A stretch of 64,000 nt of DNA, taken from assembly GCF_009914755.1 (NCBI RefSeq), contig NC_060943.1; one strand, given 5' to 3'. Each line of letters begins with the position of its first letter. Positions within the stretch are counted from its first letter, which is position 1. The DNA is from the human T2T-CHM13v2.0 reference genome, Homo sapiens. The translations under genes were made by a program, and so were the position numbers. Shown here one piece after another: positions 45,842 through 64,000 of this stretch. The notes beneath the pieces are model-generated. The model was not told the origin of the DNA. It did no database searches and saw nothing but the letters and a program-made list of their open reading frames with translations.

Positions 45842-46851
45842 TTGTTACTTGCAGTCAAAAGAATCCTCACCAATGCACTCTCTAAATTCTCAATTAGAAA
45901 CCCAGCTGAAAAAGCAAGACTTACGCTGAAGACAGCAGCAGCAAGCCCAACTCTTCACTGGCACCAAAACATTTGATCAGTCAACAAATATTTATTGATT
46001 GCCTGCTGTGTGTGAGGCTCTGGGTTAAGTGCTGAGTTAATGATGTGGTCTCTGCTTTTGTAAAGCCCTTAGTTTAGAGAGAGAGTCTCAGGCCACACAA
46101 GAAATTACATATTTATGTATCAGGAACGGCAAATTCAAGGATTCTGGGACTTAACCCAAGACTAAGGGAGGGGTAAGGGAACGGTCGTCTAAGATGGTAA
46201 CTGCTACTCTTAGACTTGAGAAATGAATGACATATGGGAAAAAGAAGTGTTATAAGCACAGCAAACTCTAGGGGCAAAATAAATTGTGGCTGAGAGACAG
46301 ACTGTGATACTGGAGTCCGGGGGCAGAGAAAGAATTGGGAGGGGAGGTCAGGGAGGCCAACAGAGGCCAGACCACAAGGTTTTGAAGGTCACGACGATGA
46401 GTTTGGATAATATCTGAAGGGAAATGCACAGGCCGTAGAAGCGTTTAAAGAGAAGAGTGACATGATCTGATCTGTTTTAAGATGAAGATGCTGGGAGCTG
46501 GATGGGGTGTGGCCTACAGGTGGCAAAGTGAATGTAAGGGGACCTTTTCAGAGAACATGGCCAAGCTCCCTCTCTAGCTCAGAGCAACACAGCAAGCCCT
46601 GCCTGTCTGCTGCAGAGGCTTGGAGGTTGTGCAAACCACACAGTTAGATCAGCAAGAGTTTCCCAGCCAAGAAGTCACATCTCCTTACTTGCACAAATAC
46701 AGGAAGACTCTTCTTCTGCAGCAAGAGAGGGAGACAGAAAGTCCCACTTTCAGGGTCCAACCCTCAGTCATAGCAGGCCCTGGCTGCTGCTGGAGTGAAA
46801 TAGGAAGTTCTGGCCCAAAACGCCCTGTGCAGGGCAGACCACTGGCTCTGA

Positions 46852-56407
<9,556 letters not shown>

Positions 56408-57816
56408 GGTGCTGGCCTCACTGAAAGGACACTGGAGAGAGACCCAGGACTGCACCCATCCCTCCCGGGTCAGACGAGTCCAACAGGACTGGTAGCTTAG
56501 CTTCCTGGGAGGGGAAGGGAGCCAGACCCAGAGGGAGGTGCCAAGATCCTCAACCCCAGTGTGGTGGCTGAGCTGCCCACCTCATCCCACTCTCTTCATT
56601 AGCTGGTCCCATCTGCAGAGAGGCCCAGCCTGATCCCTGCCCTCCCCACCCCCAGGGGGAAGCTGGAGAAAACATTCCCAGCTAAAAATGTGGGAGCAAA
56701 TTTGTGAGACAAAGCCAGGAAGACTTCCTGGAGGAGGGTGAGGTGACCTTTCCGAGAGCCCCACCTCTGATGGCCACAGCTTCAGAGCAGGCTTCCTCCT
56801 CCCCAGCCTCCTGGCTCCTTCCACTCTGTCTTGCCTGCAGCCTCAGATACATCTGACCCTGCTCCTCCTCTGCTCCAAACCCTCCCACGGCTCTCTGTTG
56901 CCCTCAGAACCAAGTCTCCAGGTGCTATCTCCTGCCAGGGCCTCTATCCTGAGACCAGAGCTGCATTTCCGCATCCCCGAGGCCCTCACATGGCCTGTGT
57001 CCCGCTAAACTCAGACTCTTTCCTCTAACCCAAACTTCCTCACACCTCCAGGATGGCTTCACTGTCTTCGCAAATGCTGGAGAACATTCCCACCTCCTCC
57101 CTCCCTGTCACCACTGTCGATCTGAGTCCAACCCTCCTCCCCCTAGTTCTCACTGGCCAGGCTCTGTCTTCTCTTCCTGCCCCGTCTCCCTCCTCTGCCC
57201 AGTCTCCTCCATTCCCTGCCAGGGTCCTTCTATACCCAGAGCTGAACCTGCCTCCCCCTGCTCACAGCCCTCCCCTGGCTCCCCAGTGCCCTCTGGAGAC
57301 ATCCAAGGTTCAAAGCAAACTCATGCACAGCCCCCACTCAAGCACTTGAACATCCTGCCATTCTTATCCTGCCCGCCCATCTCACCTCCCAGTCCTCTAC
57401 CTGGAATGCTCTCTCCCACTCTCCACCTCCCTCCAACCTGGCTAAACCACAACTTGTCCTTCAGGTCTCACCTTATTAAGAACCATAATTACCACTTAAT
57501 TTGAGCCAGGAACTACGCTAAATGTTTCCTATGCACTATCAGGCTGAACACTTCTAAACACCCTATAAGCTGAGTGTCATTATACTCACTTTGCAGGCCA
57601 GGGGACTTAGGCTCAGAGAGGTCAAGGGACCTGCAGGAGGTTGCACAGCCAGAGGGAGAAGCTGGACTTGGGACCAGGATGGTCAGACCATTGACTCCTT
57701 CTGATAGCTTTTCCCACCATCCCATGTGGAGCTTAGGGCCTCTGCTCAGCTCCCAGTCCTCTAAGCTTACCCTGGCCCAGTTCTCACCAGTAATAATACT
57801 GGTAATATATATATAT

Positions 57817-58970
57817 TTTGAGATGGAGTCTCGTTCTGTCACCCAGTGAGTGCCTCAGCTCACTGCAGGCTCCATCTCCCGGGTTCAAGTGATTCTCCCG
57901 TCTCAGCCTCTGCAGCAGCTGGGAGTATAGGTGTGCATCACCACACCAGGCTAATTTTTGTTATTTTTAGGAGAGATGGGGTTTTGCCATGTTGGCCAGG
58001 CTTATCATGAACTCCTGACCTCAAGTGATCTGCCCGCCTCAGCCTCCCAGTGTTGGGATTACAGGCGTGAGCCACCGTGCCCGGACTAATATTGGTAATA
58101 ATATATATTTAGCATTTTTTGCATAGCAGGTGTGGTTATGGGGGTGCTACATAAATTAACCTTTCAAAACTCCATGGAGTAGATGATGTAGCTTAAAGAG
58201 GGCTGCAAATTTGAGCGTCCTCCTGTTAAGATGCGGGGTCTATGTCCCCTCTGCTTGGATCTGAGTAGGCTGTGTGACTGCTGGACCAAGACGTGGAAGT
58301 GGCCCTGTGCCAGGATCTGCATCTAGGCCGGCATATGCCACTTTCTGTATCATAGGACACTCCCTCATGGAATCCAGCCGCCACACTGCGAGGATCAGCA
58401 GCCCCATGGAGGGGAATCATGGCCCCTGGTCAGCAGCCCCAGCCAGCTTGCTGGCTATGTGGGTGAGCCCTCTTGGAAGTCAATCCCCTGGCCCCATTTG
58501 AGGCACATGAACTGATCCTGAACTGGATCCAGGAATGGATCCAGTGGGATTTGACCCAGGGCCCTGGGACCCAGAACCCATACCCTTAACCTCTACATGA
58601 TGCTGTTACTATTTTCATCTGCAGATGAGGCAACTGAAACTCAAAATAGGAAGGAACTCACCCAAGATCTAGCTGGCAAAGGTAAGAGTGAGCATATGAA
58701 ATCAATATATCTGACTCTATCAGAAGGCCAGAGGAATGGAACACAATTTTTTAAATAAAAAATTAGTCCAGGCGCTGTGGCTCACGCTTGTAATCCCAGC
58801 ACTTTGAGAGGCTGAGGCGGGCGGATCACTTGAGGTCAGGAGTTCAAGACAGCCTGGGCAACATGGTGAAACCCCGTCTCTACTAAAAGTACAAAAATTA
58901 GCCGGGTGTGGTGGTGCAAGCCTGGGCAACAGAGCGAGACTCTGTCTCAAAAAACATAATTAAAAAAAAA
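57817..58970. mobile_element. Alu (-), MLT1 fragment, MIR and an internally deleted Alu (+)
   Basis: Alu ~57817-58085; Alu ~58768-58970 lacks most of its right arm (gtggtggtgcaa|gcctgggcaac). Confidence 0.8.
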
Positions 58971-59470
58971 TTAACCTGACTGTAGACCCAGGCTGTTCAT
59001 TGCAACGCTAAGTTTTGATTCTCTGTGGCTTGTCTGTCTCACACCAGAACCACAGCTTCTGGCCTCATTCTCTCCTGTGTCCCTGCTGAGACTGGGGACA
59101 CAAGAGAGAATGAGTGTCCTGCAAACATCGTGGATAAAAGCCCTTCTTCTCACCCACCTCACTGATATTTGTGTTCCAACACTCAACTTGGAAGTCATCT
59201 CCCTGGGAAATCTCTGACCCCACCGGCTGGGCCAGGCCAGGTCCCCCAGTTGGGTTCCCAAGGGCCCAGTGTGCCTCCACGTCTAGCATTCTTCACCCCG
59301 AATTACAGCTGCCTTTGTCCTCATTGTCCCCCGCATCAATACAGAGGCTCCTCATGGGCAGGGACTGGATCCACAGGGCCTGGCACACAAAAGACTCAAG
59401 TAAATGTTGAATGAACCAAATAATGGGTCTCTAGGAAATAAGTTAACAGAGATAGATGTTGAGAGTCAGT

Positions 59471-59476
59471 TTTATT
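59471..59476 (-). terminator. ETFB polyadenylation signal
   Basis: AATAAA on the minus strand about 18 nt after the stop codon (very short 3'UTR). Confidence 0.9.
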
Positions 59477-59494
59477 GCCATCTCTGGGAGGGGC

Positions 59495-59686
<192 letters not shown>

Positions 59687-60004
59687 TCACAGGGCTGTGG
59701 AACTCCTGCCACCCTTCCTGCCACCTCCTTCCCATGGGTGCCAGGCCTGCAGACCAGTCCCATGGGCTGAACCCTCTGGACCCACCCACTGGCCAGGACA
59801 CGCGAAACTTCTCACAGGGCCACACCTGGTGTGGACAACTCCTGCTGGCTAGGGGGCCCTGGGGGGCCCAACTACTGCAGCAGTCCTCCTTTAGGTAACC
59901 AAATCAGGAAGCCCTTCACTGGCTGCAACAGAGTGGCAAACCCATCCTTTTGGTAGTAATGACTCAGTGGACTTTTGGTTGAGATGGCATGCTGAAGGTT
60001 CCCA

Positions 60005-60951
60005 ATAGGCTGAGATGATGCACTGAACCCTCCCTATAGACTGAGATGATGCGCTGAACCCTCCCTATAGGCTGAGATGATGCGCTGAACCCTCCCTATA
60101 GGCTGAGATGATGCGCTGAACCCTCCCTATAGGCTGAGATGATGCGCTGAACCCTCCCTATAGGCTGAGATGATGCGCTGAACCCTCCCTATAGGCTGAG
60201 ATGATGCGCTGAACCCTCCCTATAGGCTGAGATGATGCGCTGAACCCTCCCTATAGGCTGAGATGATGCCCTGAACCCTCCCTATAGGCTGAGATGATGC
60301 GCTGAACCCTCCCCTATAGGCTGAGATGATGCGCTGAACCCTCCCTATAGGCTGAGATGATGCGCAGAACCCTCCCTATAGGCTGAGATGATGCGCTGAA
60401 CCCTCCCTATAGGCTGAGATGATGCGCTGAACCCTCCCTATAGGCTGAGATGATGCGCAGAACCCTCCCTATAGGCTGAGATGATGCGCTGAACCCTCCC
60501 TATAGGCTGAGATGATGCGCTGAACCCTCCCTATAGGCTGAGATGATGCGCTGAACCCTGCCTATAGACTGAGATGATGCGCTGAACTCTCCCTATAGGC
60601 TGAGATGATGCGCTGAACCCTCCCTATAGGCTGAGATGATGCGCTGAACCCTGCCTATAGACTGAGATGATGCGCTGAACCCTCCCTATAGGCTGAGATG
60701 ATGCGCAGAACCCTCCCTATAGGTTGAGATGATGCGCTGAACCCTCCCTATAGACTGAGATGATGCGCTGAACCCTCCCTATAGACTGAGATGATGCGCA
60801 GAACCCTCCCTATAGGTTGAGATGATGCGCTGAACCCTCCCTATAGGCTGAGATGATGCGCTGAACCCTCCCTATAGGCTGAGATGATGCGCTGAACCCT
60901 GCCTATAGACTGAGATGATGCGCTGAACTCTCCCTATAGGCTGAGATGATG
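60005..60951. repeat. 31-bp VNTR, ~30 copies, last intron of ETFB
   Basis: Unit GCTGAGATGATGCGCTGAACCCTCCCTATAG, near-identical head-to-tail copies; diverged relatives flank it to ~61430. Confidence 0.97.
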
Positions 60952-61557
60952 TAGTGAACACTCTGTAATGGCTGAAATGACTCATTGAACCCTCCCCATT
61001 AGTTGAGATGATCCAGTGAACCCTCCCTGTTGGCTGAGATGAATATTCTCTATTGGCGGAGATGACCCACTAAACTGTTAATATTGGCCAAGATGACCCA
61101 GCGAACCCATCCTACTGGCCATGATGATTAGTGAACTCTACCTGTTAGCCAAGAGACCCCATGCACCCTTCCTAGTTAACTAAGATGATCTACATGGTAA
61201 CTTCACATTGGCAAAAATTACCAAGGGGACCCTCCCTAATGAACCTAGATGACCCAGTGAACTTGTTCCACTGGCTGGAATGACAAAGGGAACACCTTCT
61301 GCTGCCCAGCGAAGGCTTTCTACTGGCCTACATACCAGCAAGCCCTCCCTGCTAGCCAAAGCAGCCCCCATGAACTCTCAGTATTGGCAGAGATGACCCA
61401 GCAAACTCTCTCTATCAGCCAAACTCCAGGTGACGGCTTCCTGTGCACGAGACCTCCTTTGGATCCTTCCCTCCCCACGTGCGACCACCGGGGGGCACTG
61501 GGCTGGCAATGTGCTTGCCACCCCCAGGCCCTCAGTGCCCGCTGGCCAGGGGCTCAC

Positions 61558-61716
61558 CATGATGTTGGGCAGCGTGGCGTAGCGGGGCTCGTTGAGCCTC
61601 AGGTCAGCTGTCACCACAGCTGGCAGCTTCAGGCGCAGGGTCTCCAGGCCCCCATCGATCTCCCGCTCCACTTTCAACTTGTCCCCCTCCAGCATCACCT
61701 GGGAGGCGAATGTGCC
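61558..61716 (-). CDS. ETFB: ETFB penultimate exon (aa 147-199); the gene continues beyond the right edge
   Basis: acceptor ctgtccctccccag|; [53 protein letters not shown]; donor ATG|gtgagc; carries the ETF-beta signature [10 protein letters not shown]. Confidence 0.98.
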
Positions 61717-62760
61717 CTGGGGAGGGACAGTGTAGGAGGAGAGTGGGTGAGGCTAATTCAGGTCCGACCCGAGCAGTCTGCTTATGCCACTACTGAGTAC
61801 ACGCATGGACTAGTGAATGAATGAGGGAGCGAACAATGCAGGGTCCCATGAGGTTTAGAATCGAGCTTGTACACCTGGGAGAGGGTCTCTTTCCTTTCCC
61901 TGAGAGCCACGGTGTATGTCCTGATGTCCCATGTCCTGATGCTGCCAGTGAGGCCTCCCTGCCTTCCTGACAGGGAACATGTACTGAGTGCTGAGCCCTG
62001 CGCTAAGCAACTGATGTATCAAGTCATCGAATCCTCGCAGGAACTTTATGAGGTAAATGTTATTATCCCCACTTTACAGATGAGAGAAACTGAGGCAGCA
62101 AGATGCTGAGTTACACGCCCACTGCCACCCACAGCTGGTAAATCCAAAAGCTGACAATCTGGCTCCCAACGGCCCCCCGTGAGGCCCCTCCGCTGGGCAG
62201 ACAACAGAACTGTGTGTGTCCACACCAGTCCTTAAACCACCTTCTGGGACCCCGTCCTCTAGCCAGGTCCCTTTGCCTCTCAGTCCTGAATCAACATTTC
62301 CTCCCCTGGTAACTGATGCCACCTACACTCCTCTTTGTCTAACGACCTTTGTCCCTGTCCACTTATTAACTGGACACATTTTTCAGGTCTTAGTGTGAAC
62401 ATCACCTCCCTTCATTCACAACCTCCTCCTAGTGCCCTTATGAACCTGCCCCTGGAGACACACTGTGAACACAACCAGTGAAGCACCAGCTTGGGTGGGC
62501 TCATATTCTGCCAGGGAAGACAACCAGTCACCAGGGAAAAACACACACACACAAATGAGATCATTTCCAATCAGAAGGAATAAGAAGAAAATAAGACACA
62601 TGATATGAGAGCAAGAAGGGCGCACGTTGGAGAAGCTAGTCAGACAGTGGTAAATGCTTTGAAGATAAAACAGGATAATGGTTTTGAATGTGTTGTCCCA
62701 TCCAGTAGCCACTGGCTGCGTGTGGCTGTCCAGCCAGTGCAGCTGAGGAATGAATTTTTA

Positions 62761-63207
<447 letters not shown>

Positions 63208-63589
63208 TTAAAGACCAGCTTGGGCAACATAGTGAGACCCCCATCTCTATCTAAATAAAAGAGTTTAAGAAAAGCAAACTTAACAAATTGTGCAACTTAG
63301 ATATGTGCGGTTTATTGTAGGTAAATAACGAAGCTGTTTTAAAAAAAAACAAAAACAAACAAACAAACAAAAAAACACAGATACCCAATGCAGTTACTGG
63401 AAATGCAGTTACTAGAAAACTTTTAAGTTTGTTTTGAACAACTTGGGTGTGTAAATCTATTTCAACTGTCATCTTTAGGAATGTGTTTCTCATAGAAATT
63501 TAGCACCTGAATTGAGATGTGCTGTAAATATAAAATACATGCTGAATTTTGAAGATTTAGTACAAAGAAAATCCAAAAAACGTAAAATA

Positions 63590-63954
63590 CAGATGGTCCC
63601 TGACTTGTGATGGTTTGAATTAAGATTTTTCAGTTTTCCGATGATGTGACAGTGATAAACATTCAGTAGAAACCATACTGCCAGTGTCCGTACAACCATT
63701 CCGTTTTTTTAGTTCCAGTACAGTATTTGATAAATTACATGGGATATTTAGCACTTTATTATAAAATGTGCTTTATGTTAGATTATTTTACCCCACTGTA
63801 GGCTAACGTTAAGTGTTTTGACATGTTTAAGGTAGGCTGGGCTCAGCTATGATATTTGGTAGATTAAGAATATTAAATGCATTCTCTCAGTTATAATATT
63901 TTCAATTTATGATGGATTTATCAGGACGTAACCCCATTGCTTGTAGAGCATATG
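63590..63954 (-). mobile_element. MER47A (TcMar-Tigger) inserted in a MER33/Charlie1-like element
   Basis: TA|cagatggtccctgacttgtgatgg...aaccccattgcttgtagagcatatg|TA with TA target duplication. Confidence 0.85.
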
Positions 63955-64000
63955 TATCTTAATATTTTTATGTTGATTACATGTTAAAATAATATTTTAG

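Larger units (their letters stand above)
44760..45876 (+). mobile_element. Two old MLT1 LTRs between the IGLON5 and VSIG10L 3' ends
   Basis: gattggctcagagatgggcacatgaccca...gcagctggatcaa; gatgactggagctgcagcaaccatcttg...tgttacttgcagtcaaaagaatcct. Confidence 0.7.

Noticed and set aside
60005-60951. 31-bp repeats that superficially resemble a CRISPR array
   Set aside because: The units are head-to-tail with no unique spacers, there are no cas genes, and the context is a human intron; this is a VNTR.

Overview
Human (primate) genomic DNA, recognisable as chr19q13.41. It holds the complete IGLON5 gene (+, 8 coding exons, 336 aa), the complete VSIG10L gene (-, 10 coding exons, 881 aa as spliced here) converging tail-to-tail on IGLON5, and the last two exons of ETFB (-, aa 147-255). 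I traced every exon by hand: all have GT-AG boundaries and consistent phase. The first 24 kb is gene-poor and repeat-dense: Alu, MaLR/ERVL LTRs, L1, L2, MIR, and a degenerate two-LTR ERVL provirus with a perfect tRNA-Leu primer-binding site. Most notable observations: (1) a stop-free, frame-preserving 270-nt candidate cryptic exon in IGLON5 intron 1, directly followed by a UG-rich tract (TDP-43 cryptic-exon architecture); (2) a VSIG10L last exon ending in a class I PDZ motif (-TQV), one base away from an alternative frame; (3) a ~27-copy MSR1 minisatellite next to the IGLON5 promoter; (4) an orphan Siglec-tail-like exon; (5) locally templated inverted duplications; (6) a ~30-copy 31-bp VNTR in ETFB. 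There is no CRISPR array or other prokaryotic system. Repeat subfamily names and statements about reference sequences or literature come from memory and are not database results. Repeat boundaries are approximate.
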